From assembly GCA_010405405.1 (NCBI GenBank), contig MU004231.1, positions 422,153-486,152 on the forward strand: 64,000 nt of DNA, given 5' to 3'. Position 1 is the stretch's first letter, and every line of letters starts with the position of its first letter. The stretch comes from Microthyrium microscopicum (taxonomy: Eukaryota). Below the pieces are notes generated by a model. It was not told the DNA's origin. It was given only the letters and a program-made list of their open reading frames with translations, and searched no databases. The translations under genes were made by a program, and so were the position numbers. This document shows positions 1-14,800 of this stretch, in pieces.

Positions 1-199
1 TATAATATCTCTAATAATTATAATATCTTTACTATCTACTATATTTATAATATTTATAATATATTAAATATCTATAATATTTATAATATCTATAATATCT
101 CTAATATCTTTAATATCTTTAATATTTAAAATATCTATTATGTTTCTTATATCTACTATATTTATAATATTCTAGATACTAATATAGGTATAATATAGT

Positions 200-2530
200 A
201 GATAGCTCTAATTACTATATATAGAGCTACTCTAGAAACTAGCCTTACTAGAATAATTACCTAAATACCTAGAATTATTTAGGATTGTCTAGGATTATCT
301 AGAAGGATTAGAAGCTCCTACTTGTTCTTATTAGGATTAAATACTTTACTATATTGTAGTATTAGATCTTAACTTTATAGACTACCTTATTATAAGCGTA
401 TTAAGATTAAGTTCTATAATATTATACTCTTCTTACTATTATCTATAATTTGTGCCTCTTTCTCTTAGCTTAAGTCCTTATCTATAAGATAGAATAATAG
501 GGCATAATTTAGATCTTTCTTATTATTAGTAGCGTCTATAATATCCTAAAGGGTTAAAAGGTCCTTAAGGTTTAGTAGCTTAGTTTCTATTTATCCTAGT
601 TTAGTAAACTAAATATATATCCTCTCTAGCTAGTCCTTATTACTAGGTTCTATTTATATAATTTATTAGTAATTAGAGCTTATATATTTACTTAAATATA
701 TAAGACTTACTTATTAAGTCTATATAATTAGGATTATTCTACTTATTATCTATTTTATGCCTATTATTAGCTAAGAACTTACTATATAATATTACTTCCT
801 TAGGCCATAAGGTATATCCTTTATATCTATATTGCTTATTAAACCTAGCTTTAGAACTACTTTACTTATACCCTAAATATTATAGTAGCTTAAAGGAGTC
901 CTAGTTCTTATTATCTTCTTAAGTAGGTAGATTATAATTATTTTCTTATATAGGCTAGGGTTTTGCTTAAATAGTAATATTAGTAAGATTATTACTAGTT
1001 TTTTAAAGAATATACTTTATAAAACTTATTAATATTATTATAGTTAAAAGTATATACGTCTAGTATTAGCTCTTATTACTCTTTATATTATACTCTAGTT
1101 TTATATAATATAAGATCTTTAATAGTTTTTTAAATAAGTAAGCTCATTTTTTATTTTAAACGAGGTAGTTATAAGTTTTATTATTTAAGCTATTTTTAAT
1201 AACTTATTATAGTCACTAGTTAGTATTATATTATTTATTTAATAACCTAAATTACCTTAATATATAAGTAGGTTATACTAAAAATTATTAACTCTTTAGG
1301 TAATAGTCTCTATATATAGCTTAATAAGTATATAGATATACGTAATAAGTTTACTTAAAAATAGCGATTCTATAATCTCTATAGCCTAGTAGTCTTTAGA
1401 ATATTTTCTACTTTAGCTAAGTATAAGAGTTTTATACTTATAACTAGTATATAAATAGAATAATAAGTTATTAATAAGAAAGGGAATTATCTTATTAGTA
1501 AATAATATATATTCCTAGAGATATTATTAATATATAGTTATAATTTAGTCTTATTTAAAAATATAAACTTACATAAGGTTTACTCTCTCTATTTTTGCTA
1601 TACTTATATAATTTAGTAAAGTTACTATCTTTTCTTAGCTACTTAGTAAACTTCTATATATCTAGTTTCTTAGTTTTAAGTAATCTTAAGAACGTAGAGT
1701 TAAATAGTACTAACTAGTATATATTTTATTTAGTCTAGATATTTAGTAATAATACCTTTAATTATTTAGATATAATAATTCTATACTAACTAACGTAGTG
1801 CTATATCTAGGTAGTTTTTAAAGTTAGCTAAATCCTATATATACTATATCTAAGAAGATATAAGAATAAACTTATATTCTTATAGAATTAGTTATATTTA
1901 GATATAGTTAGTACTTTTAGAATATTAATTACTATAGTTAGGAACTTAGGTAGCACCTCTTCTAGATATACCTTATAGTAATAATTCTAAAGCTTATTAC
2001 TTATTATACTTTATTTACTAGTACTATTTTAATAATCTAGCTAGGGATCTAAGTTATACTTACTATTAAGAGTAGCTAAGGTTAGTTTATTTATAGTTAA
2101 CCTAATAACTCTATTATTATATAGACCTTAGCTTAGTATAAGTTCTTATTTACTTTTCCTTATAAGTAAATATAAACCCTATAATAGACTAGATTTATTA
2201 ATAAGGTTATTAGTATTATAATAATAAGCTTAGAGAGAAATAGTCGTTTAAAGGCTATATATAGCTACTAAGGTATAGAAACTAGTAGACTAGATTATAT
2301 AAATTATAAAGAGAGCCTATCTATATTTATACTATATATAAGGCAATTACTAAGAAGATAATTACCTAAGCTAGGAATAGATATTTAGTCTATATTAGAA
2401 GATAGTAGGTTATATATTTACGCTCGTCTTAGTTTCTATAAATAGAAATAACCTAGTATAGTATCTTTATTACTTATAGCTTAAGAAGGACTATAGTTAG
2501 AAGAATCTACTTTAATATTATTATATTAGC
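200..2530 (-). pseudogene. Possible RIP-decayed coding region, product unknown
   Basis: Minus strand gives protein-like stretches (e.g. GYTLWPKEVILY near 785-820) and GTAAGT-type donors. No family motif recognised. Confidence 0.25.
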
Positions 2531-3739
2531 TTATATATATAATAAGGTAAAGGTAAAATAGAATAAAAGAAATAGATGCTAGTATATTATATAATACTAC
2601 GTTACTTATTAAGCTTTTCTAAGTAATTACGTTACTATAATTAGTAAGGTAAAGAGAAAAGGTTTCTAGAATAGTTTAAGACTTATATATCTATTAGTAT
2701 TTATTAGCTTTCTAGACAAATCTAGATAAATAAATAGTAGAAATACTTAGCTACTACTAAAAGACTTATCTAAGATACTTATAAGTTCTATATTCTAAGT
2801 AGCTTCTAGAGCTTTATTAAAAGTAGCGTTTAATGCTATATAGGAATTACGACTTAGTTAACGTTTAATAAGAATTATTTTTTTAGAAATTATTAAGCTA
2901 GTTTTTAGATAGTTAAGTAAGCTTAACTTAGAGTTTAGGGCCTAGAGTTTATTAGTGCCTCTAGATTCATAAGTACTATTTTACTTAATAGTAGTATCTT
3001 TAACTTATATCTACTTAGTTAGGTTTAAAAACTCTATCTATTTATCTAGCTAGCGGGTAATTATTATATTAGCTAATATTTAGTTTAGTAAGTATATTTA
3101 GAGTATATTATATTAGTATTAAACGTCTACTTTATAAAGTCTATTCTATTTTATTTATTATAGCTTAAAAGATCTTAAGCTATAGGGTCTTATAATAAAG
3201 GTCTACTATTCCTAGTAAAGAAGAATATATAAATTAGAATCTAATAAAAGTAAATTATAGGCTAGGAAAATATATATAATAGTTTACTTAGCCTTACCTC
3301 TCTTTATACCTTAACCTTTATAAGCTCCTATAAGCCTACTCTTTATCTTACTTTTTATAATATTACTTTACCTTACTAAATTTATTATAGTTTTATTAAC
3401 TTAGTATAGGCTTGCCTAAGAAATTATATTATATATAAAACGTATTATTAAAATTTAAATATTAAAGTAAAGTAGTAGTAAGAATCTAATAAGTATAATA
3501 TTATAATAAAGATTACTAAGTATATAGGTATTCTAATAGAAATATATAATTAATAGAACTTTAGATAAGTATAGTAGAGGATAAGAAGTAGATTATATAG
3601 AATAATAAGGAAAGAAGATAATATTTTAAAAGTTATACTATATAACGTATAAAAGATATTAGTACTAGAACTAATTTTAGTAGCATTTTTTATTACTTTT
3701 TAACTCTTAATTAATATAGTATATACTAAGTATACGTAA

Positions 3740-4265
3740 AGGCTATATTCTTAAAACTTATTTAGCTATTATTATTAGTTTTTGTTAAATAGGCTATTCT
3801 AAGGACTATATAAAAAGGGTAAAAGGAAATAAGTTACATTAAGCTATTTCTACGTTACGCTATATTAATATAAGAAGTTAAACTAAGGCAAATCGTAGGA
3901 TCCTATTTAGCTATTACTTTCTATTATTATTAGATCTATTAATTCTAAGGCTACGTAAAAGGGGCTAAAGATTATTAAGTTATATTAAGTAATTTCTATA
4001 CTATACTATATTAAAGTAAAGGCTAAGTAGTAATCTTATATTATAAAATTAGATTTAGCCTACTATTATATTTAATTATTATTTAATACGCTAATTATTA
4101 TATATACTAATTCTTAGGCTATATAAAAGAGGCCTAAGATTATAAGCTTATACTAAGCTATTTCTATATCTCCTTATATTAAAGTAGAGGCTAGGTATTA
4201 ATCTATATTATAAAGTTACGTTTAGCTATATTAATCTATATTATAAAGTTATATTTAGCTATTAT
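3740..4265. repeat. Degenerate tandem repeat (3 units of ~145-170 bp) plus a 2x ~31-bp duplication
   Basis: An ATTCT(A/T)AGG..CTA(T/C)(A/G)TAAAA..GG core recurs near 3796, 3941 and 4110. TATTAATCTATATTATAAAGTTA..TTTAGCTA occurs twice at 4196-4262. Confidence 0.7.
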
Positions 4266-5454
4266 GCTAATATATTATTAAATATATAAGTAAGCTTAAG
4301 TATTATATAAGGTAAGTAGAAGATTTATAGTTTATAGTTAATAATAATAGAATAAGCTAAATCTAAATAGTTAGATAGAAGTTAGTATTAGACTTACGCT
4401 ATTTCTTATAAGAACGTCTTAATTACCACTTTATTAAGCTACTAAAAGTTTATATCCTCTTTTATTACTACTATGCTACTATAATAAGTAAAATACTAGC
4501 TACTACTATTACTTCTTCTACATAAAATAAGTTAATTATTTACTAAATTATTCTAGGAATACATAAATATATTTAGCTACTAACTTTTATTAGCTAGAGT
4601 AAGCTTATCTAGTTTATATAGGAGGACACTTTTAATAAAGAAGCTAGTATTAAACCTCTTAATTACTTTATTTAGATAACTAGTTTATTAATAATTACTA
4701 TTACGTTATTCTATAGTAACTAGTTTATCTCTCTTAATTATAAGTAAGTTATAGAAGCTACCTTTATTACTAATTAAGCTAATATAGGGTCTAAACTTAT
4801 AGAGTCTATAAGTCTTAAAGTACTATATTAGTTACTATCTTTACGTATATTAATAAATAATAGTTAGATACTAAGTATTATTATACTTATAGTCTATACT
4901 TATTTAATAAGTCTAGACTTTTTTATTATTATATAATAGTTTAATTTTAATTCTATATATTAAACCTAGTAAGACATTAGTTAACTATTATAGTACTAAT
5001 TATAGGTACTATTCTAATCTTCTATAGATAATCGCTTAATCTATATATTATATAACTATCTATTCTTCTATAAATATAGTAGTAAATATATTAACTATAT
5101 ATAGACTAGCTATACTCTAATAAGTTATATTAATTCTATAGAAACTTACTATAAGGTATATAAGAGGATACTAGAGAATAATATTCTAATAATTCTATAA
5201 TATATAGATAATCTTCTATACGCGTAAGCTTATTAGCTAGTTAGTACTATTAAATAGAACCTAATATTTATAGTACTATAAAATACTATTTCTTAGTTAA
5301 ATTCTACTAGTATGTAGAGAATAGATAATACTTTCTAATTTTATTAGATAAGACTACTAAACCTAGCTAATATATACTAAAAGTCTAATTAAGATACTTC
5401 CTTAGTATTAGAATTACTAATAGTTATTAACTCTAACCTATTAGATACTACTCT

Positions 5455-5750
5455 AGAGTTAGAGTTATAAGCTCCTTCTATTATAAAGCTTAAGGCTTCT
5501 ATTAAATAATTACTAGACTAGGAGTTATAGTAGGTACTTTATTTTATAACCCTTATTAAATAATCTTTAGAACNNNNNNNNNNCTTTCCTTATAAAGCTT
5601 AAGGCCCCTATTAAATAAGCTCTAGACCTAGAGTTATAGACTCTTTTTATTATAAAGCTTAAGGCTTCTATTAAATAAGCTCTAAGCCTAGAGTTATAGG
5701 CTATTTCTATTATAAAGCTTAAGGACCTTATTAAATAAGCTCTAGAGTAT
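5455..5750 (+). repeat. 60-bp tandem repeat (20-codon unit), probably inside a decayed plus-strand gene; spans a 10-N gap (5574-5583)
   Basis: The unit GAGTTATAG..TATTATAAAGCTTAAGGC..CTATTAAATAAGCTCTA repeats at 60-bp spacing (5631, 5691). De-RIP reading is Glu/Pro/Ala-rich. Confidence 0.85.
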
Positions 5751-7849
5751 TTTATTAAAACTAAGTTATAATTATTTCTTTAACTTAAGATAGAGGCTAG
5801 CTCTTAAGTTTTACTAAAAGCTTCTATTAAGCCTAATATAAAGCTACCTTTTAATATTAAGCTTAAGGTATTTTTTAAAGCTAGAATAGATATTACTATA
5901 TTAGGAATTAAAATATAACCTAACCCTTAAGTATTTAATAAACCTATACCTAATTAATTTATAGTACTATCTATTATCTATACTAAGTAGCTAGTAGACT
6001 CTAAACGCTATTAACTTAATAGATATATATAGACGTATTAAGAAGGTAACTAGTTTACTATATAGAAGTAGTAAGATAAGTAATACGCTTTAAAGGATAA
6101 GAAAGTATTTAAACTAAAGCTAAGGTTTAGACTAGTACGTATAGAGATTTAATATCTAAGGCTAACCTATTCTATTAGGCTATTAAGATCTAATACTAAT
6201 TTATCTTACTTAAAGAATATTTACTTTATTAACTATAAGGTTATAAAGCTAGGTTTTAACCTAAGAATTAGGTATTTTAGTATACTTTAGTATCTTATTT
6301 ATAATAATTAATATTATACTTTATTCTAATTATTAATATATTTCCTAGGTTAAAGAAGAAGAGAGAACTTATAATAGTTTAAGGATTACGTAGTAATAGA
6401 TTATATTTTATTTCTTAATTTATTTTATTACTTTAAATTTAGTAGTTTATTACCTAATTAATATAGTACTATTAATTACTTTATAAAATAAGACCTTACT
6501 ATTAATAAGAGTTCTCTTCATTTAATTAAATTTATAGAAAAGTAAGAGCTCTTTATATTGCCTATACTTAAAGAACTTTCTAAGAAACTTAACTATAGTA
6601 TTATAATTTAAAGTATTAATATTTTTCTTAAAACTATTATAGCTATTATTTATAAACTTTTTATAGTCTAGAGTATAAATATAGTTACTTACTACTTTAT
6701 AAATATATATTTATATATTTATAACTATTAAGAAGAAGTTAGAGTCTAGAAGTATATATAGCTATACCTTAAGTTATATATTACTATAATCTTAGAATTA
6801 TTTTAATTCTCTTAGCCTTAAGCTCTAAGAAGATACTAGTAGAGTTCTATTAGTAATAGACTCTATTTATTATTAATAGATACTTAAAGTTAGAATAAAG
6901 GTTTACTTACGTATATTCTAAGTTTAGGTTTTTATTTATTTCTATTAGTATATATTTCATTAGTAATAGTAAACTAATATAAGAAGTAATCTTTATTATT
7001 TATCTTTATATATAGCTTTATTATGCCCTATACTTAGCTAACGTAATTTTCTAATATATAGATAGCTTTATTTAGCTAGTAGTTATATACTTAGGTGTTA
7101 TATAATATTAGTAATTATCTTTTACTTTTCTTTATACGTATTATAGTTATTAAGACTATAGTGTAAGTCTTAAAGTTGCTTCTTTATAGCTATAGCTAAT
7201 TAGGTATATTTATTTAAGTTTATATTAAGTTATTATATTAGCTCCTTCTTAGTTATATTTAGATGCTCCTTTAAGCTATCTTACTATTTAGCTATATTAT
7301 CTTCTAAAAGTTTAACTACAATATAGAGAGATTATTAAGTAAGAAGAATAGTATAAGATTAGAGTTAGAATAGAGAGAATATACTAAAGATTAATAATAA
7401 GTATATTATAAGGATTAGGAGTTATAAATTTATTATAACGTAGAAAAAGGAATATAAGGGAAATATATTATAGTAGTACTTAAATAATTAGAAACGCGTT
7501 ATTACTTAGGACTACGTGCTACTTATAACTAGATTTACTAGTTTTAAGGGCCTATATATTAAGTCTATAGATATTTTTACGCTACTAGAAGAAGACTTAT
7601 AGATTTATATTTAGGTTAGTAGTTATAGTTAGATTATATTTACGTATAAAATATAAAGTAAGTAGTAGTATTTAGCGTTAATAGTATAATAAAGTAAATA
7701 TTCTTTAAGATTATATAAAATGTTTTTAAAAATTTCTAGACTTATCTAGACTTTCTAGACTTTTTTAGATATACTATTATTTAAAACTTATACACTTTTA
7801 GAGAAGGTTACTTTATAGATACGTTTATAGCTTAGAATTACTATCTTTA

Positions 7850-10800
7850 TATTTCTTATACTATAATGTATAATATTATAGATTTTATCCTTTAGTATAA
7901 TAAGTTAGCTAATAGTTATAACTATTCTAATACTATAGAGTTATAGCCTCTATATTATTATAGTTTTGCTTTATGACTTATTATTTAGTATATTTACTAT
8001 ACTTAGATAGTAATTAAGTCTAGTATATAAATTCTAAAAGGTAATATCTATTCTAGATATAGTTAAGATATTCTATACCTTATTATAATAAAGGTCTAAA
8101 TAGTAGATTATTCTTAGCCCTTTCTAGTAACTAGCTTCCTATATATTAATATCTTATAAGCTTTTATTATTAATGTAAGGTTTCTAGTAATAACTTACTT
8201 ACTAGTCTTATAATTTAAGAAATTATATATTTATAGAATAGATTATGCTTACTAGGATAAAAAGGATTATATAGGTAGTAGTTTAGACGTTCTAGCTTAT
8301 TTATTATTAGCTCTCTATATTTAAAATTATTAATAGCTATATAGTTTTACTTATAGGATTACTATCCTTATCTCTATTAAGTTAAAGAATATTAGTACTA
8401 AAAGATATATTATAGCAATAAAGCCTTTAGTTATAATCTTCTGCTTCTAAGAGTAAATCTATAGTAATAGCTTTAGGTTTAGTAACTCTAATAAATTAAT
8501 AAAGGGGTTAGTAATTATTATTATTATTTTGTTCTCGTTTAAAAGTAAGGTAAGTAAATTAAGAGTATACTATAAAGTTTAAGAACTATCTATAGCTATC
8601 TATACGTAGTTATTATTATATAATAAGTTCGTCTTAAGTAGGTATTATTATAGGCTTTAATATAGCTAGTTTATCTATAATTAGTATTAATTAAATAATA
8701 AGAAATAGCATAAATAAAATAAAAGTCTAATAGCTATTTTGTATAAAGTAGACTTATAATAAGATTGTGTCTTTTCTCTACTATAGTAGTTAAAAGCCTT
8801 AATATATTATCTAAGACGCTACGTTATATTCTAAATTCTATATTATATAATCTATTATAAACTTTATAGCCTTTTATGAATATAATTCTATTAGGTACTT
8901 TATTTATAAGGTACTAGAGATAAGTACCTAAGTATATATAGTCTTTAATATTTTCTAAGTTATTTCTATTAAAGTAAATAAAAGGTATACTTACCTAGAG
9001 GTAAATAAGAATAATATAAAAGGAAAATATAATATACTTAAATATTTTAGATTTAATAACTCTAGTTAATATTATACCTTCTTAGTAGGAATTAAAGACT
9101 CTTCTATTTTTAATAAATAATAATATTTTATAATATAGACTAGGTTACGCTAATTAATCTATAAAGCGTACTAATAGAACTAAATAGTAATAATTACTAT
9201 TTAGTTTTCTATTTAAAGCGCTAACCTTTTCTATTTTAATTTCTAGCCTAAATATAATTAATAGTAATAATTTAGACTTCTATTATCTCTAAATTATTAT
9301 ATTAGCTTAGTTTTATAGCTAATTATAATAGTCTAATTGTCTTCTATCTTTACTTACTACGTCTCTTCTTCTTTTATCTTTTATTTTACTTATTTTTTTT
9401 CTTTTTCTCTCTTCTTCTCTTATTCTTTATTTTTCTTACTTATAATCTTTTCTTTTTCCTTTTTCTTCTTATTTACTACTCTAAGGTATAGGTAGAGAAG
9501 GTAATAGTAATAATATTAATATAATAAATAGTTTTGTAGCTAAGGCTTATCTTATCTTAGTAGACTCTACTCTTCTCTCCTTAAAGATAATATTTTGATC
9601 TTTATATTAACTAATATATGTTTAATATAAAGATATAGTTACTATAGATAGGAAAAGATAAGTAGTAGAAAAGAGGATAAGAAGCTTTAAAGCTTAATAG
9701 TAATTTTAAGTTTAGAATTTTATGTAACTTTTTTAATAGTTAATTAGATTCTTAGATTTTAAGAGTAGTAAAATAATCCCTTTTATTAAATATATCTATA
9801 GCTTAAGATTCTATTTCCTTTAATTACTACTTTTAATTACTATCTCTCTTATAACTTATCTTATTGTTTATTATATATCTTTTATAGATAAGTATATTTA
9901 GAATGTCTAAAATTATATTAAAGAGCTCTCTAATATAGAGACTAGAACCTTTAAAGTAAGAAAGTATAGATAAAGAAAATTATTTAAGCTTTTAAAGCTA
10001 ATATTATTAATTAACTTTAATATAGTGACTATAGGTTTTATATAATAACTTTTAGTTTCTACTTAGCAAAGAGTATTTTATATCTTAAACTCTAGGCCTT
10101 CTTAGCCTCTTTAGCTACTACCTTAACCTCGTTTTTAAGTATAGTCTTTTCTAATAAGTTAGTAATTTCTTTTACCTTAGCCTTCTCTTTTAACTAAGCC
10201 TTTTTTATAGCCTTTTTTATAGCCTTCTTTACGTACTTCTTTATCTTTTTTATGTTCTTTAGTTTCTTTACGTTCTTAGCTTTTAAGTAGAAATATAAGA
10301 TATAATAAGCTTATTTTTAGTAGAGTAGATAATTACGTAGCTATAGCTCTATATTTATAAAATAATTAGTCTATACTTAATTATTTTAGAGGATTATAGT
10401 TCTTACTCTTAATTTTATTTATGTCTTAAGTATTACTTTGCTCTTCCTTAGACTTCTTAAAAATTAGCTTAAGGTGCTTTAAGTAAGTTTAATTAAAGCG
10501 TAGTAATACCTATCTAAGTAAATCCTAATAAGAGATATAGAAAGGATAAGTTACTATAACTAGAATAGGTATATATTAAAGTATATATCTAAATAAAGCT
10601 AATTATAGAGAAGTATAATTATAGTTAACGTATTAGGATTAAACGCTATTTAAATCTAGATACTATATTAGGTTTTTTAAAGTTTATATATTTATATAAG
10701 CCTATTAGGTTTATAGGAGCTTAACTAAGTTTATAGATTATCTTAATATAAGAGATAATATAATATTTATAGTTATTAGTAGTAAATATAATACTAAGAT

Positions 10801-11250
10801 AGATAAAGATATTAGGCGTAAAGATAAAGTTAAATAAGTAAGCTAAGAATTAAAACTAGTAATAGTTATTATAAGTAAGTCTTAAATTTAGGTAATAAAG
10901 TTACTTAGACTAGTAGTTTATTATTAAGGTTATAAAAGGACGTAGCCTTTCTTATTTAATTAAATAGAACTTAATACCTTAAGTTTAAGCCTTCTTAACC
11001 TTTAGTTCTTTATTCTTATCTTTTTCTATTTCTCTCTCCTTCGTTACCTTTTTCTTAGCCTTTAAATATAGATAAAGTAAATAATAGAATTAATCTTAAT
11101 AAAGAGGGTAGTTATGTAGCTAGATTTTCTCTAATTTATTTAAGCGTATTAATAATGCTAATGTTATAATATAGTATAATTTACTAACCTTTTACTAGTA
11201 GAGATAATAGATTTACTTATAGAAAAGCTAAAGTTAAAGGACTAAATTAC
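7850..11250 (-). pseudogene. Decayed gene with Lys/Glu-rich low-complexity segments and a tentative C-terminal Ulp1/C48-like peptidase region
   Basis: Minus strand at 10080-10290 and 9350-9480 reads as K/E/A-rich runs. One frame de-RIPs to (C)NDD.V at ~8620, HLLVPIF at ~8410 and VYDSL at ~8230. The catalytic His and Cys motifs are not clean. Confidence 0.3.
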
Positions 11251-11829
11251 TAATTTTTATTTTTAGGGGAGTTCTAATATTATAAATAAATAGGAGGAAG
11301 ATTAATAAAATACTCTATTAAAACGTTAGCTTAGATTATTAATTACTTAATAGTATAGATAATATAGCTCTATAATTCTCTTTAAGCTCTTTACCTAAGA
11401 TCCTAGTAGGAGCTATAGAAATTAATAGTGCTATATTATTTACTTTATAAATTAATATTACTAGGAAGAGGAAATATAAATAGAATAGCGTTTATAAATA
11501 AATATAGCTAGGTTATATCTTATAGATACACGCTAGAAGATATTTAGCTAAATAGATACTTTATAGGCTATAAGGCGTTATTATCTATCCTTATTATTCT
11601 TCTATCTCTCTCTAAATTCTTTTAGCTACTAGATATATTTATTAGTTTAGTTAAGATATTTAGATTTACTATAAAGGCGTATTTTATATATTAATAGTAA
11701 TAATATTAACTTTAAGTATATTTTCTAATATTCTATATTATTAACAATTTAATAGTAATACTTTAACTCTTACTATAAACTAAACTAATTATATATAAAG
11801 TTATTTATTAAATTTATTATTTCTAGGCT

Positions 11830-14800
11830 TTATCTTAATTATAACTAAACTCTCTTTAATATTCTAGTATATATTATTTTTAATATTCTTTAGGTATTTC
11901 TATATCTCTTCTATAGATAGAGAAGCTAGGGCTTCCTTAGGTTAGAATACTAGTTTAGTTAATTTAGGCTAGGTTAGTCTTAATTTAAGATATATTTATA
12001 AATCCTTAAGTCTTATTAGTTATATTACTTAACCTTTAGAATAAGCCTTTATAAAACCTATAATATTTAACTAAAGCTTATTAATATTTTATAATAGTAT
12101 ATTAATTAGATTATTATCTAAGTATAATACGTTAATTAAGATATACTTTACTATATTACCTACTTAAAGAACTTTTCTAGTACCCTAAGTCTAATTGCTT
12201 AGTAATATTAAAATAGATATTATAATTAGATGCTTTGCCTATTACTAGTTGTTTCTAGTACTATAGCTACTATACGTTCTAACTAGAACCTAAATATTCT
12301 TATTAAAAAGGTATTTACTTACTCTTAATAGCGTTTAACTACTTATAGTAAACTTTAGAATATTTTAGAAGAAGTAATAGATATTAGCTTTATTACGTAA
12401 GGATAAGCTAGTTCTTAAATAGCCTACTTTAATTAGAGATAACTTTTTACTTAACGTGCTAGTTTTACTAAAATAAGGTGCTTAAAGATTAAATTTCTTA
12501 ATTATATATTAAAGTACTATTATAATTATACTAGTAGAAGTAGAATACTTTATAATAATTAAGACCTTACCCTATTATAAGCCTTATTTCTTTTGCTCTC
12601 TATTAAGAAAGTACATTTCTAGGTTAGTATAGACTTTTTTAATAATATTTACTACGTACTATATTTAAGCGCTTATCTTTAAAAACTAAGGGGCTTCTTT
12701 AATAAAGAGATTATTCTTAGGCTTAGCTAGTTTCTTAGAGTTAGGCTTTAGAGGTAAGCTATTATTAATTCTTACTAGTACGTAATAGAGATTATCTTTA
12801 GCCTATTCTTTAATTTTCTTTATCTATTTTAATATTAATAGATAGGGCACCTTAATAATAGGTTTATAATATATAATCTTAGTAGAGGTTTAGTAGACTA
12901 TATAGTTAGCTAGCTTAGCTTATATTTATTTAGCTTAATGTAGTTTACTTTTACGCTAAGTACTAGAGTTATTAATAATAGTTATCCTTAGTTTGTTTAT
13001 TTACGCTACTATGTATTTATTAAGCTTATTTATAAGCTATATTACTTTTAGGTCTATCGTATTAATAATAATAAGCCTTATTTTATTTAGAGGTAGTATA
13101 ATATACTTTTAACTAAAAAGCTTTATATCTATTATATAGTAGAGTTTAAATAAGGTATATATACTAGCTAAAGTGGCGCTTGCTTAGGCTTATTCTTTTA
13201 TAAGCTATTTCTCTTCTTTTTTATTAGAATACTTATATAATCTTATATCTTTTATAATAAGTATAGTAATTTAACTAGAAATAGTATTAAATAATAAAGG
13301 AGTAAATAATACATAGTTATTAGTAAAGATTGCCTAATTTTTCTTTAATTTCTATTTAAGAAACTTCCTAATATCTTTATTAGTATTAGAGAAGTAAATA
13401 TATTATATATTTACTAAGTAAGTAATTAGGTTTAGTTAGCTTATTATAGTATTATAATATGTCCTAGATTAACCTAATATAGTAGCTTTAGACTATATAC
13501 TATAATAGTACTTTAGTAGTATATAACTAGGTATATAGGTTTTTTTATTAATATTAGAATAAGTTAAATTATTTAGTATTTAATATCTATAAGACTTATC
13601 TAAGACTAAGACTCTAATTATAAAGTATTTTTAATTATATAAGCGTTTATCTTTATTTATTACTAATTCTATATTAGTATAGAGGTAGTTCTTAGGTTTT
13701 AGAGTTTTATAATATTTAGTTTTCTATTTTTCTAACTACGCTTATAAGAGTCTTATAATTAGTTATAAGACCTAGGATATATATAAACCTAATATCATTA
13801 ATATAATAATACTAGTTTACTTAGATATTTTAAAATTAGTTTTAAAATTAGTAAAAAGTTTACATATATAAGAGACTTTATTTAAGAATATAAACTTAGG
13901 TTTTATACTTAAATAGTTAACGTAGAGGGTAAATACCTAGTTAGGCTTACTTTTATATTTTAAGGTATTAATTACTTTTTTCTATTTATTTAACTAAACT
14001 AAGATTATAGATATAATTATTTATATATAGTTTATACTAATAATAAGAGTATTATACTAGTAGTTATTAGGGTTAATATAAGTTATAATAGATAGTAACT
14101 ATACTAGCAATTTCTTAAAGTAATAGTATATTATAGATTAGTTAAGACTCCTTAACTATATATAAAGACCTTTCTCTTTATTCTTAAGACCTTAATAACT
14201 AGAGACCTAAACGTCTAATAAATATCTCTTAAGAAGCTTAGGTTTTTTTTCTTTTATAAGGCGCTACTTCTTTATATATATTACTACGCTTTTAATTTAT
14301 TAATTATTTATTTAAATAGTAACTAGTATTTAAATAGTTTTCTCTAAGCCTAAAACGTTTATAATATAAAAGCTTTACGTAAGGATAATATACTTATATA
14401 TAATTATTACTCTAATAGCTTAATAAATTTAAATATTAACTTTAAATCTAAGAATAATAAAGTCTAATATATTACTCTTATTTTTATAATTAAAGAATAT
14501 ATATATCTTTCTCTAGTCTTTAAGTATTAAGTGCTTATAAGTTTTACTTTATAATAATTTTGCGTAGAAGCTTATAATAAAGGAAGCTTTTAAATTCTTA
14601 TCTTTAACTATTCTAAACTCTTTACGTTCTATATATATATTATAAAATAGTTTAGCTTATAAAGCTTTAGTATATAGAGCTTTACCTATTATAGAAGACT
14701 TAAGTATAATAAATCTACGTTTAGTATAGTTAAAGTAGTTAATAAAGAAACTAGTTCATTCTTAGATATATTTATTTTTAGAAGTCTTTAATATATAAAA

